A DNA stretch of 64,000 nt from positions 32,001-96,000 of the forward strand of contig CAWGED010000006.1 of assembly GCA_963821525.1 (NCBI GenBank), written 5' to 3'. Position numbers and translations under genes: made by a program. This stretch comes from an uncultured Gemmatimonadales bacterium. GTDB taxonomy: Bacteria; Gemmatimonadota; Gemmatimonadetes; Gemmatimonadales; GWC2-71-9. This document shows, piece by piece, positions 35,935 through 46,259 of the stretch; the first letter of the stretch is position 1, and each line of letters opens with the position of its first letter. Under the pieces are notes generated by a model that was given only the letters and a program-made list of their open reading frames with translations, ran no database searches and was not told the origin of the DNA.

Positions 35935-36852
35935 ATGTCCGACACCAACTCACTTCAGGCGCTCTCCGACGCCTTGGCCGGCGCGGTCGAACGCGCCGCC
36001 CGTTCCGTCGTCGCGGTTCACGCCCGTCCCCGACTTCCTTCGAGCGGGGTCCATTGGCGGGATGGGCTGATCGTCACCACCGACGGCACCGTCCGCCGCA
36101 CCGAAGGAATCACGGTGACTCTGCCCGACGGCCGCTCGGTGGCGGCCACACTCCAGGGCCGAGATCCGGGCACCGACTTGGCACTGCTCCGGATCGAGAC
36201 TGGTCTGCTTCCCGTCGCCGAGCGCGCGACGACCAGTCTGAAGCCGGGCCACCTGGTCCTGGCCATCGGCCGGTTGGATGAAAACGGTCCCCGCACGAGC
36301 TTCGGCGCGGTGAGCAGCGTCGGCCCCGCCTGGCGCAGCTGGAAAGGCGGGGAGATCGACGCGCAACTGCAATCCGATCTCACGATCTACCCCGGCTTGG
36401 GAGGTGGGGCACTGGTGGACGTCTCCGGACAAATCCACGGCATCAACTCCGGTGGACTGAGCCGGCCGTTCGCGACGACCATTCCGGTTCAGACGGTGGA
36501 GCGGGTGATCACCGCCCTGTTGAACAAGGGTTACGTGGCCCGCGGCTACATCGGTGCCGCACTCCACGCGGTGCGCTTCTCCGACAAGGCGCGGGAGCGA
36601 ATGAAGCTGTCGCACGGCGGCGGGGTGGTGGTGCTCGAGGTCGATGGAGACGGGCCGGCCGCTAACGCGGGTATCCTTCTGGGTGATGTGCTGGTCGGCG
36701 CCAACGGCGCAGCGCTCGACAGCCCTGAGGATCTGGTGAACCAGCTCGGGAGCGCCATGGTGGGCCGCAAGCTCAAACTCGACATCGTGCGCGGGGGCAG
36801 CCTGACCAGTGCCGAGCTGGTGGTAGGGGAGCGTCCCCGGAAGACCGCATGA
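35935..36852 (+). CDS. HtrA/DegP-like S1C protein with PDZ domain, catalytic His and Ser missing
   Basis: IVTTDGTV replaces TNAHV, TDLALL keeps Asp, and PGLGGGAL replaces PGNSGG. PDZ motif GPAANAGILLGDVL. Confidence 0.85.
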   Translation: MSDTNSLQALSDALAGAVERAARSVVAVHARPRLPSSGVHWRDGLIVTTDGTVRRTEGITVTLPDGRSVAATLQGRDPGTDLALLRIETGLLPVAERATTSLKPGHLVLAIGRLDENGPRTSFGAVSSVGPAWRSWKGGEIDAQLQSDLTIYPGLGGGALVDVSGQIHGINSGGLSRPFATTIPVQTVERVITALLNKGYVARGYIGAALHAVRFSDKARERMKLSHGGGVVVLEVDGDGPAANAGILLGDVLVGANGAALDSPEDLVNQLGSAMVGRKLKLDIVRGGSLTSAELVVGERPRKTA

Positions 36853-37472
36853 CCGGACTCGCCGCGGCGTTCGACGCCCAGAATCGGCTGGCGGACCTGG
36901 CCGAACGGATCCGGCAGTCGACGGTTCAGCTGCAGGCCGGGCCGCACCAACTCGGCGCGGGCATCGCCTGGGGAGAGGATCTGGTGATCACCAACGCGCA
37001 CGTCGCGGTGGCCGACTCGCTCGAAGTGACCCGTCCGGATCGGCAAAGGCGTCAGGGCCGGCTCGTCGCCCGCGATCCGAAGAGGGACGTGGCCTTGCTG
37101 GAGGTGCCGCGGCTCGACCTCGCTCCAGTTTCACTGGGCGGTTCCGCTCGACTGCGGCCGGGGATGCTGGTCTTCGCCATCGGCCATCCGTTCGGCCTGG
37201 TCGGCGCACTCGCCACCGGCATCGTGCACGCGGTCGGCCCGGCGCCGTCGCAATGGATTCCCAACGTGGTCGCGGGGCGATTGCCGTGGCTGATGCTGGA
37301 TATGGAGGTGGCGCCGGGCAATTCGGGTGGCCCGGTGCTCGACGCACATGGAGAGGTGGTCGGTATCACCACGATGATTGCCTTCGGCCTGACCCTCGCG
37401 GTTCCGGGCGAAGCGGCGTTCCGCTGGGCCTCACACCAGCTCGGCCGCCGTCATTCGGAGCGAAGCGCCTGA
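36849..37472 (+). CDS. HtrA-like trypsin peptidase without PDZ
   Basis: Intact triad ITNAHV / RDVALL / PGNSGGP. ATGA overlap with the upstream gene. Confidence 0.88.
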   Translation: MTGLAAAFDAQNRLADLAERIRQSTVQLQAGPHQLGAGIAWGEDLVITNAHVAVADSLEVTRPDRQRRQGRLVARDPKRDVALLEVPRLDLAPVSLGGSARLRPGMLVFAIGHPFGLVGALATGIVHAVGPAPSQWIPNVVAGRLPWLMLDMEVAPGNSGGPVLDAHGEVVGITTMIAFGLTLAVPGEAAFRWASHQLGRRHSERSA

Positions 37473-37482
37473 CTCCTGGTGC

Positions 37483-37599
37483 TGTCATTGCGAGGGAGCG
37501 AAGCGACCGAAGCAATCTCACCCACTCTCCTGGTCAGGAACGCGGGAGAGATTGCCGCGCCCTTCGCTCGCGATGACACTTACTGGGCCTCGCAATGAC
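37483..37599. repeat. REP-like inverted repeat
   Basis: TGTCATTGCGAGG...GAAGCAATCTC paired with GAGATTGC...CCTCGCAATGAC. Confidence 0.8.
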
Positions 37600-37621
37600 G
37601 AAGAGCATCGAGTTCTGATCC

Positions 37622-38212
37622 ATGCCCTCCCTTCGCGTCCTCATCCGCGGTTCCCCCCGATCCCTGGCAAACGACCGTGGTCTGCTCGAAACCGATCCCG
37701 ATATCGCGATCGTGACCGATCCCTCCCGTGCCGATGTGACGCTGCTGGACCTCACGGATAATGACGAGCCAACCCTGCTACCGCTGCCGACCAATGGCAC
37801 CCGCGTGCTGATTCTGATCGGTGAGTCGGCTCCCGCGTCACTTATGGCGGAGGTGCTGGCGAGCGAGGCGAGTGTCGTGACGGATGCGGTGTCGCGCGAT
37901 CAGTTGGTGAGTGCGCTCCGCGCGGTGGCAGGCGGGCTCATGGTGCGGAATCGCTCAACCGTTCACGATGCCGTGCCGGTGCGCGCCCGACCGTTGCCCG
38001 CGGATGACCCGTCCGACGCACTCACCCCGCGGGAGCGCGACATTCTTCGTCTCCTGGGCGACGGCCTCGCCAACCACGACATCGCCGCGACGCTCGGCCT
38101 CTCGGATCACACCGTCAAGTTCCACCTGCGATCGATCTTCAGTAAACTCGGCGCCCACTCGAGAACCGAGGCGGTGAGTGTGGCGGTGCGGCGGGGGATG
38201 CTGTTGTTGTAA
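37622..38212 (+). CDS. NarL/LuxR-family regulator with degenerate receiver domain
   Basis: C-terminal LTPRERDIL-GLAN-IA-L-SDHTVKFHLRSIFSKLG. Confidence 0.88.
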   Translation: MPSLRVLIRGSPRSLANDRGLLETDPDIAIVTDPSRADVTLLDLTDNDEPTLLPLPTNGTRVLILIGESAPASLMAEVLASEASVVTDAVSRDQLVSALRAVAGGLMVRNRSTVHDAVPVRARPLPADDPSDALTPRERDILRLLGDGLANHDIAATLGLSDHTVKFHLRSIFSKLGAHSRTEAVSVAVRRGMLLL

Positions 38213-38317
38213 GGACCTGAGGCCGCCGTCCCCATACGGCGCTGGCTCGGCTGACGAGAGAATGACATTCTTAGGGGTGCTCCGGAAGCTGGACAGGCGA
38301 CAACGGTGAGGGGAACC

Positions 38318-39427
38318 GTGACGAGCGCGGCCATGCTGCAGCAACAGATCCGATTCTGTAAGACGAACGACGGCGTGCGCCTGGCGTACGCGATCGTGGG
38401 CAAGGGACCCCCGCTGGTCAAGGCCTCCAACTGGCTCAGCCACGTCGAATACGACTGGCAGAGCCCGGTGTGGCACCCGTTCCTGGAGCAGCTGGCCCGG
38501 AACCGCACCGTCATCCGCTACGACGAGCGCGGGTGCGGACTCTCGGACTGGAATGTTGCGGACCTGTCGTTCGAGTCGTGGGTACGCGACCTCGAGACGG
38601 TGGCCGATGCGATCGGGCTCAGGCGGTTTCCGCTGCTGGGCATCTCGCAGGGTGGCCCGATCGCGGTGGCCTATACCATCCGCCATCCCGAGCGGGTGAG
38701 CCACCTCATCCTGTACGGCGCCTATGCGCGGGGCCTCCTCAAACGCGATCCGACGCCCATCCAGCGGATGGAGGTGGACACCCTCCTCAACCTGATTCGG
38801 GTCGGCTGGGGCCGGGAGAACCCGGCCTTCCGGCAGGTCTTCACCTCCTTTTTCATCCCCGGCGGCACGTTGGAGCAGCTGCGCTGGTTCAACGAGCTCC
38901 AGCGGGTCTCCACGTCGAGCGAAAACGCCGCCCGGCTGATGGCCGAATTCGCCACCATCGACGTGCGAGACCTCGCGCCCAAGGTTACCTGCCCGACGCT
39001 GGTGCTCCATGCGCGGGAGGACGCCCGGGTGCCGTACGAGGAGGGCCGGCTGCTGGCGGCTCTGATCCCGGACGCGCGGTTCGTCACCCTGGAAAGCCGG
39101 AACCACCTGCTGCTCGAAGGCGAGCCGGCGCTACGAAAGTTCATGACCGAGGTGGACGGGTTCCTCGGCACTTCGGTGGAGCCGGCGGCCGGCGCGATCC
39201 CGGCGGTCTCATTCGCGGCGCTGACCGCGCGCGAGGCGGAGATCCTGGACCTCATCGCACGCGGCCTCGACAACACGGAGATCGCCCATCGACTCCAGAT
39301 CAGCGCCAAGACGCTGCGCAACCACATCACCAACATCTTCGCCAAGCTGGGCCTGACCTCCCGCGCGCAGGCCATCGTTAAGGCTCGGGACGCAGGGCTG
39401 GGCCTCGCGGGCCCCGACCCCTCCTAG
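38318..39427 (+). CDS. Alpha/beta-hydrolase-fold domain fused to a LuxR HTH
   Basis: Motifs YDERGCGLSD and GISQGG (nucleophile elbow). C-terminal LTAREAEIL...KTLRNHITNIFAKLG. Confidence 0.88.
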   Translation: MTSAAMLQQQIRFCKTNDGVRLAYAIVGKGPPLVKASNWLSHVEYDWQSPVWHPFLEQLARNRTVIRYDERGCGLSDWNVADLSFESWVRDLETVADAIGLRRFPLLGISQGGPIAVAYTIRHPERVSHLILYGAYARGLLKRDPTPIQRMEVDTLLNLIRVGWGRENPAFRQVFTSFFIPGGTLEQLRWFNELQRVSTSSENAARLMAEFATIDVRDLAPKVTCPTLVLHAREDARVPYEEGRLLAALIPDARFVTLESRNHLLLEGEPALRKFMTEVDGFLGTSVEPAAGAIPAVSFAALTAREAEILDLIARGLDNTEIAHRLQISAKTLRNHITNIFAKLGLTSRAQAIVKARDAGLGLAGPDPS

Positions 39428-39632
39428 CCACCTGCCTCTCTGGTCTCCGGGGATCCTCCGGACACCCGGCGTGGGACAGCGGTCCCACGAAAATCGCCTC
39501 TCGGTCGAAAACTCAAACCTGATCTGGGACCGTGGCTTCATGTCTGGCCCGGTGCCCTGGCGTACGTTGTGCCCGCGCTCGGAATTGGCCGACGCGCGAG
39601 GAGAACGTCACGCTCGACTGGAGATTCCGACC

Positions 39633-41045
39633 ATGGCCCGCTGGAAGCCTGACCCGACCTTTTACGCCAGCCCGGCTCTCGCCGGAGAGGCGCCCCCGGA
39701 AGACCTCGCCTACGTCGCCCTCCTCGCCTCGGTGGGGAGCGGCAAGCCCGACGCGATCGGCGTTGTGGATGCCAACCCGGCATCGTCCGGCTACGGCCGC
39801 CTGGTGGGCCAGGTGGACCTGCCCGAGGGCGGGAACGAGCTCCACCACTTCGGCTGGAACGCGTGCAGCTCGCACCTCTGCCCCTACGCCCCCAACGCCC
39901 ACGTCGAACGCCGCTACCTGGTGGTGCCGGGCACCCACTCGTCGCGGATCCACATCATCGATACCAAGCCCGATCCGCGGCGTCCGGAGCTGGTGCGCGC
40001 AATCTCGGGCGAGACCGTGATGGCCGCGACCGGCTACGCCGCCCCGCACACGGTGCACTGCGGCCCCGACGGGATCTACCTGAACGCGCTGGGCGCCGTG
40101 GGTGGCGACGGTCCGGGCGGCATCTTCATGCTCGACCACGACACCTTCGAGGTGAAGGGGCGCTGGGAGCAGGAGCGCGGCCCGCAGCACCTGGCCTATG
40201 ACTTCGCGTGGCATCTGGGCCACGACACGATGATCACGAGCGAGTGGGGCACGCCGAACATGGTGAAGGACGGCGTCAATCCCGAGCTGCTGCTGGCGGG
40301 CAAGTACGGCCACGCGCTCCATGTATGGGACCTGCGGCGGCGGCGCCACCTCGAGACCCTGGACCTCGGCGCCGAGCAGCAGATGGTGCTCGAGCTGCGT
40401 CCGGCGCACAACCCGGCGCGGGCCTACGGCTTCGTCGGCGTGGTGATCTCACTCAAGGATCTCTCGTCGTCCATCTGGATGTGGTACCGGGAGAGCACCA
40501 ACGGCTCGGCACGCTGGAAGGTGAAGAAGGTGATCGAGATCCCGGCCGAGCCCGCGGCGGCCGAGGACCTGCCGCCGCTGCTGCAGGGATTCAAGGCGGT
40601 GCCGCCGCTGGTCACCGACATCAACCTCTCCGTGGATGACCGGTTCCTCTACGTGTCGTGCTGGGGCACCGGTGAACTCCGACAGTACGACGTGAGCGAT
40701 CCATTGCGGCCGGTGCTCACGGGCACGACGCGTATCGGCGGCATTGTGCGGCGGACGGCGCATCCGAGCGCCCCGGACCGCCCGCTCAACGGCGCACCGC
40801 AAATGGTCGAAGTGAGCCGCGATGGCCGGCGGGTGTACCTCACCAACTCGCTCTATACGCCCTGGGATGCGCAGTTCTATCCGGACGGAATTCGCGGCTG
40901 GATGGTCAAGCTGGACGCGGACCCGAAGGGCGGGATGGCGCTCGACCCACGCTTCATGGTCGAGATGGAGGAGGGCCTGCGGCCGCACCAGGTGCGGCTC
41001 CAGGGCGGTGATGCCTCATCCGACTCCTTCTGTTTTCCCTCATGA
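39633..41045 (+). CDS. Selenium-binding protein SBP56 family (methanethiol-oxidase-like beta-propeller)
   Basis: Motifs ELHHFGWNACSS, APHTVHC, YDFAWH, SEWGTP, GAPQMVEVSRDG, WDAQFYP and GGDASSD. Confidence 0.92.
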   Translation: MARWKPDPTFYASPALAGEAPPEDLAYVALLASVGSGKPDAIGVVDANPASSGYGRLVGQVDLPEGGNELHHFGWNACSSHLCPYAPNAHVERRYLVVPGTHSSRIHIIDTKPDPRRPELVRAISGETVMAATGYAAPHTVHCGPDGIYLNALGAVGGDGPGGIFMLDHDTFEVKGRWEQERGPQHLAYDFAWHLGHDTMITSEWGTPNMVKDGVNPELLLAGKYGHALHVWDLRRRRHLETLDLGAEQQMVLELRPAHNPARAYGFVGVVISLKDLSSSIWMWYRESTNGSARWKVKKVIEIPAEPAAAEDLPPLLQGFKAVPPLVTDINLSVDDRFLYVSCWGTGELRQYDVSDPLRPVLTGTTRIGGIVRRTAHPSAPDRPLNGAPQMVEVSRDGRRVYLTNSLYTPWDAQFYPDGIRGWMVKLDADPKGGMALDPRFMVEMEEGLRPHQVRLQGGDASSDSFCFPS

Positions 41046-41695
41046 TCTCGCCAGCGACCTGGCCGTGGGCGGCCCTCGCAGTGCTGGGCGGCGTCCACGG
41101 CCTCAATCCCGGCATGGGCTGGCTGTTCGCGGTCGCGCTAGGGATGCAAGAGAAGAATCGTCGGGCGGTCTGGGGCGCCCTGCTGCCGCTCGCGGCAGGG
41201 CACGCGCTCGCCATTGCCACTGCCATCGCCGTGGCGGGCGCGGTTGGCCTGGTGGTGCCGACCGGCAGCATCCGTTGGATCGTGGCCGCCACCCTGCTCG
41301 TGCTCGGTGTGGTGCGGCTGCGGCGCCACCGCCACCCCCGCTGGGTGGGCATGCGGGTGGGTGCGCGGGATCTCACGCTGTGGTCGTTCCTGATGGCGTC
41401 GGCCCACGGGGCGGGGCTCATGGCCCTTCCGTTCGTTCTGGCCGCGACGGATCCGGCCGTCGCCGAGCACCACCACGCCCACGGCGCGGCGATGTCCTCC
41501 CTGCCGCCGGGCGCAATGACCGGTCTGCTGGCCACCGCGGCCCACACAGTCGGCTACCTCGTGGTGCTGGCGCTGATGGCCGCGCTGGTCTACGAGCGGC
41601 TCGGCCTTCGACTGCTCCGGACCGCATGGGTCAACCTCGACCTGGTCTGGGCCGGTGCCCTGACGTGCACTGCGGTACTGACCGTGCTGGTCTGA
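41042..41695 (+). CDS. His-containing multi-pass membrane protein coupled to SBP56
   Basis: ATGA overlap. Motifs HGLNPGMGWLFAVA, GHA, SAHGAGLM and EHHHAH. Confidence 0.8.
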   Translation: MISPATWPWAALAVLGGVHGLNPGMGWLFAVALGMQEKNRRAVWGALLPLAAGHALAIATAIAVAGAVGLVVPTGSIRWIVAATLLVLGVVRLRRHRHPRWVGMRVGARDLTLWSFLMASAHGAGLMALPFVLAATDPAVAEHHHAHGAAMSSLPPGAMTGLLATAAHTVGYLVVLALMAALVYERLGLRLLRTAWVNLDLVWAGALTCTAVLTVLV

Positions 41696-41934
41696 AAGCC
41701 GGTTACTGGGGAAGATCCTAGCAAAAGCGGGAACAGGGGAACGGCGAACAGGAACGGGAGAAGCGAGAGCCTGTCCCGAGCAAGGCGAGGGAATCCAAAT
41801 GCTTGGAAGTCGCGGAATCTTCGGCATCGGGATTCCTCGTCGCTTCGCTCCTCGGAATGACATCGGTCGTTCACTGAAGTGCGTAGAACCCGTTCCCCCT
41901 CGCCCGCTAGGGAGAGGGGGACAGGGGGTGAGGT

Positions 41935-43367
41935 TTACAACCCGAGCGAGCCCACCACGTTGATACGGCCTTTACCATAGAGTGCGTCGGTCCCCGCCGC
42001 ACCGAGGTCGTCCGAACCGGCCTGGATCGCGTTCTTGATGGCACCCGGGTCCCGTCCGTACTTCTCGACCAGGAGTGCCGCCAAGCCCGACGTATGTGGA
42101 GCAGCCTGGCTGGTGCCCTGAACCCCCAGGACGAACGTGCCCGTGCCGCAGATCCCCAGACCGGGGACCAGGCTGAAGTGGGTGCATGCGGCGTACACAA
42201 AACTCACGCCCGCGGTGAGCGTGCCCCAGCCGCCCGGCGAGGCCACGTTGATGACTGAGCGCCCGAAGTTGGAGTAGGCCGCGACCGCGTCGATGTTGGT
42301 GTAGGGGCCGTTCACGCTGGCCTGCGCCGTGGGTCCCGTCGCGGACACGCAGATCACTGCCGGAGTGTTGCAATACGTCTTGTAACCGCTCTTGTCGTGG
42401 TCCAGGTCGATCGCGGCATTCCCAGCCGATACCACGATGGTCACGCCCTGATTCTTGGCAAAATTGAACGCCCGGTTGATGACCGATACGAAGCCGGGGA
42501 AGTTCTTTTTGTCGAACGAGCCGCCGAGGCTCATGTTGATCACATCGACGCCGGCTCCGTTCGGACCAAGGGGCGACGCCGCGTACATGAGGCCGTCAAG
42601 AACGCTGCTGCCCACGCTGGATCCGTTGGCGCCGAGCACCTTCACGGCGACCAGGGTGACCCTGGAGGTGACCCCAGCCGCGGCCAATGCGTTGCTGCTC
42701 ACGGTGGCGGCCACGTGGGTGCCATGGAAATGCAGGTCGATCCAGTCCGGTTGACCCGGGAAGTGCGCTGCCACCAGGGCCGCATCGCCGGGGACGAAGT
42801 TTCGGGAGGCGGCCATGTCGACCCGGCCCTGCAGATCGAGGTGGGTGTAGTCGATGCCGGTATCCAGAATGCCGACCCGCGTGCTGGCGGACCCGAGCTT
42901 GCCCTGGGCCCAGGCGTCATTCGCGTGAATGGCGCGCATGCCGTTCCACTGGCGGGGGAAGAAGAACGCGGTGGCCGGCGCCGATGGGCTCTCCACTGCA
43001 TCCGAGGCGGCCGCCTCGGCCTCGGTGACGGCGACAGGGGCATCCAGCTCGATATCGAGGTCAGGAATCGCCTGTACTACGCTGCCCTTACCCACCAGGC
43101 TCGTGGCCTGCGCGTCAGTCAGCCCCTCGGCATAGGCCACGCCGATCTGGGAGTAGGTCGTGGAGACGTGCCGCCCATCGCCTGAACCCGGCTCGCGAAA
43201 TCGGACGGAATCCAGTTACCGCTGAAGGCGACAATGTGGCGGCCGTTGCCGGCGGCTGCGGCCCGAGCGCCGACGGGGGTCAGGCTCGGCGACGTGGATT
43301 CATCGCGACAGGCGACGAGGGTGGCAAGGATGAGTGCGGCGAGGGCTGATCTGGTGATGCGACTCAT
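41935..43367 (-). CDS. S8 subtilisin-family serine protease, lipoprotein-type signal (indel near 43150)
   Basis: Lipobox LVAC. Motifs ILDTGID, HGTHVA, SAGN and GTSQAAPH. Confidence 0.9.
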
Positions 43368-43605
43368 GAAAACCTCCTGGAAAGGCGGCGGGGGGATACG
43401 GATTTGGGATACGGATCGGTGGTGCGGATCAGCCGCTGCGGATAGAGAAGTTCAGATCCGGCGAATCGGTGCGGCGGACCGCGGGTACGATATTCCAGAT
43501 GACCCGGGCGGGCAGTGATGCGGATCTCTTGCGGGAATCTTTCGGCGTCGAGGCGGGGAGACGGGTGTGAGCGGTGTCTGCGGGAATCGTTCGGCGTCGA
43601 GGACC

Positions 43606-43843
43606 TGAACCCCCTGTCCCCCTTCCCGAATGGTGAAGGGGGAACCGTGTCCGAGAGCTCCTCGAATAAGTAATTTGCGAAGTTCGGTCATTCCAGGGAG
43701 CGCAGCGAGAGCCTGTCCCGAGCGTAGCGAGGGGAAGCAATCTCACCCGCTATCCATGTCTACCTGCGCAGAGGGAAACGGGGGTCCTCGGTAGGGAGGC
43801 TGGGAGAGATTGCTTCGCCCCTGAGCGGGGCCTCGCAAGGACA
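43606..43843. repeat. REP cluster
   Basis: CCCCCTGTCCCCCTTCCC-GAAGGGGGA and GAAGCAATCTC...GAGATTGCTTC. Confidence 0.75.
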
Positions 43844-43866
43844 CCATGGGCGAGCCGCCGAGCCGT

Positions 43867-45381
43867 TCACCTGGCCTCCTCCCTCGCCCGCCCCGGCAAC
43901 GTGATCCGGTAGTCCATCCCGAACTCCGCCGGATACTCGAACGCAAGCCTTCCATTGTTCTCGGCGATTATCCTCTGCACGATCGCAAGGTCGACGGCGT
44001 CTCCCCTCTTTCTGTGCCCAGGGAAATAGGAATAGACCCACTTCTCCAAGGCGGTTTGCGGACTCCCCCGACAGCTCACCATCATGGTCACGCCTCGCGT
44101 TGGGTCCACAAGATCAGCTTGGGCCGAGACCGTGACATATCCCTTGGCCGGCGTGCACTTGACTGCATTGTCGATGACGAGTCCGAGTGCCTCGGACAAC
44201 TGAGCCGGGTCTATTGCGACGGCTGGCAGCTTGGAAGAAATGTCGGCGTGCAGCTTGATCCCCTGGCGTTGAGCGCGCTCCTCGAGCGAGCGTACCAGGT
44301 CACGAATCATGTCGCTGGGGTCGAACCCGGCCACGCCGATTGAAACACGCGGGATGATGCGATCGGCCTCCTCCTCCAGTGGTCGCGCATAGCGCTCCGA
44401 TGCCAGGGCGGTGATGGCGGTGCGTATGGCCTCGGTTCCTTCTTGAGCCGGCACCGTGAAATCCTGTCCCGCCTCCTCAGGATCGGCATCCCAGGCGTCG
44501 AACCGATCGAGTATCTGGAGGACCGACGGCACCACCGCTCCCGAGCGTTCACTGAACCAGTAGCCGAACAGGTGCCAGAGAGTGCTTTGGAACCGGGGGT
44601 CACCATCGAGTGTCCCGAGAGCCCGGTACAGTCCGTCACTGAGAAAGAGGAATCCGCGCAGCCCCCGCAGGGCATCATCGAGGATGTCCCGCTGTTCGCG
44701 GGGTCGCGCCAGCCGCTCGGCCAACTGTGCCGGCTCGCTGACGACTTGGAACAGGTGCTCCCGCGTGTAACCCCTGATCTGAAAATCGTCCGCCAAAGCC
44801 AGAAAGACCTGCACCTCCGGATTGCGGATGAAACGGGTCTCGAGTTCGAGAATGCGCTGCAAGGCGGCGACTTGGCGAGGCCCGCGGTGCACCTGAACGG
44901 AGCCAAAACCCTCGAGGCGGGCACGGAATAATTGAGGAAGCAGCAGTGGATAGTGCGACTCGTAATACGTTCGGACTTCCCGGCGTTCCAGGATCCGGGT
45001 TGCCTGCGCCCGAAACTCACCGTCCATCGGCGCTACATAGTCGACCTGTGTCGCAATCTCCAGAACGGAGTAGCAGGTCAGCAGATCATCCAGTGCCGCA
45101 CGATCAATAATCTCCTGAGGATCGCTGATCTTTCTGGTCCGGTGGTCCCGGAGTACCACCTCGAGATCCCTTGGGTAGGTCTGGCGCTCCACCGAGTCGA
45201 AGAGGTCGATCGCCCGCGGCGCCTCCGTGTCGTCGTAGTAGAGTTGCAGCAGGTCCTGGAGATTGTGGTACTGAAGTTCAGAGGAGATCTCGAAAGGCGT
45301 GTCGAGGTCCGGTACAACCGGCTCGATCCATTCCGCTTCGGGTTCGTCCGGTTCCGGGTAACCTTGTTCTTGCTCGGCCAT
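43867..45381 (-). CDS. Unknown helical N-domain plus degenerate C-terminal HATPase_c-like domain
   Basis: C-terminal DPAQLSEAL-VIDNAVKCT (N box) and DLAIVQRIIAENNGRL-YRITLP. G boxes are altered and no H-box is visible. Confidence 0.7.
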   Translation of the reverse strand: MAEQEQGYPEPDEPEAEWIEPVVPDLDTPFEISSELQYHNLQDLLQLYYDDTEAPRAIDLFDSVERQTYPRDLEVVLRDHRTRKISDPQEIIDRAALDDLLTCYSVLEIATQVDYVAPMDGEFRAQATRILERREVRTYYESHYPLLLPQLFRARLEGFGSVQVHRGPRQVAALQRILELETRFIRNPEVQVFLALADDFQIRGYTREHLFQVVSEPAQLAERLARPREQRDILDDALRGLRGFLFLSDGLYRALGTLDGDPRFQSTLWHLFGYWFSERSGAVVPSVLQILDRFDAWDADPEEAGQDFTVPAQEGTEAIRTAITALASERYARPLEEEADRIIPRVSIGVAGFDPSDMIRDLVRSLEERAQRQGIKLHADISSKLPAVAIDPAQLSEALGLVIDNAVKCTPAKGYVTVSAQADLVDPTRGVTMMVSCRGSPQTALEKWVYSYFPGHRKRGDAVDLAIVQRIIAENNGRLAFEYPAEFGMDYRITLPGRAREEAR

Positions 45382-45396
45382 GGAGTCCTACCGCAT

Positions 45397-46231
45397 CTAG
45401 ATGTGAGGCAGCAGGTGGCCGATCGGAATGGCATACCCTGAATCCGGTTTGCACACGCCGATATGCCCCATACCCTTGACGACTTTGGGACCCGGATCGG
45501 CGCAGAAGCGCACCGCTTTGACGATCCGATCCTTGTCTCCCATCACGACTACCTTCGCCTTGAGAGCCCCGAAACTGCCTTTCAGAAGCAGCGCATCGGT
45601 GTCCTTCTCCAGCTTCTTGAGAGCGTCGGAACCGGGTTCGAGATCGGACAGCACCTGGGCGAAGGCCTTGGCGCCAGACTTGGCCAGCGCACCGAAACGG
45701 GCAGGGAATGCGTTCATGGCTTCATCGGCGAGCGGCAGTATCGCCGCCCCCGTATGCGCCGGGGCGAAGAGAACCAGGGCAATCCTGGAGATCCAGGTCG
45801 CGGGAGGCGTGTCCATTGCAGCTTGAATCAGGGCCTCGCGGACCACGATGGCGCCGAGGGAATGCGCCACCAGGGTTATTGCCTGGTACTGGAAGAGCGG
45901 GTCGGAGCGACGCGCGTCCTTGAGCGTTGGCTGAATTGCCTGCGTGTAGGGATCGGTAGCGAGCGCCTGCAGAAACTCGAGAAACTGGGCGGCGCTGACT
46001 GGAGCCTGCTTGGTGAGCGAGTCGTATCCGTAGAAGAGAAGATCGCGGCCGGCACACTGGGGCTGCAGCGGTAGCAGACTGAGAGAACTGGTCCCAGGTC
46101 GCCTCGGCCTGGCCTCCAAACCCATGCACGAAGACGACCGCACGTCCTACCGGCTGTATAGCCCAGCGAACGCTGCTTTCATCGCCCCACGGGAGTGGTC
46201 GCGACTGGTAGTGGGTCTGCGCCTGCGTCAT
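45397..46231 (-). CDS. Alpha/beta hydrolase (lipase/DUF676-like; indel near 46090)
   Basis: Motifs AVVFVHGFGG, LVAHSLG, P-H-G, DRIV and HIGVCKP. Confidence 0.8.
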
Positions 46232-46259
46232 AGTAGGTCCTGCCAAGATACTAATGATG

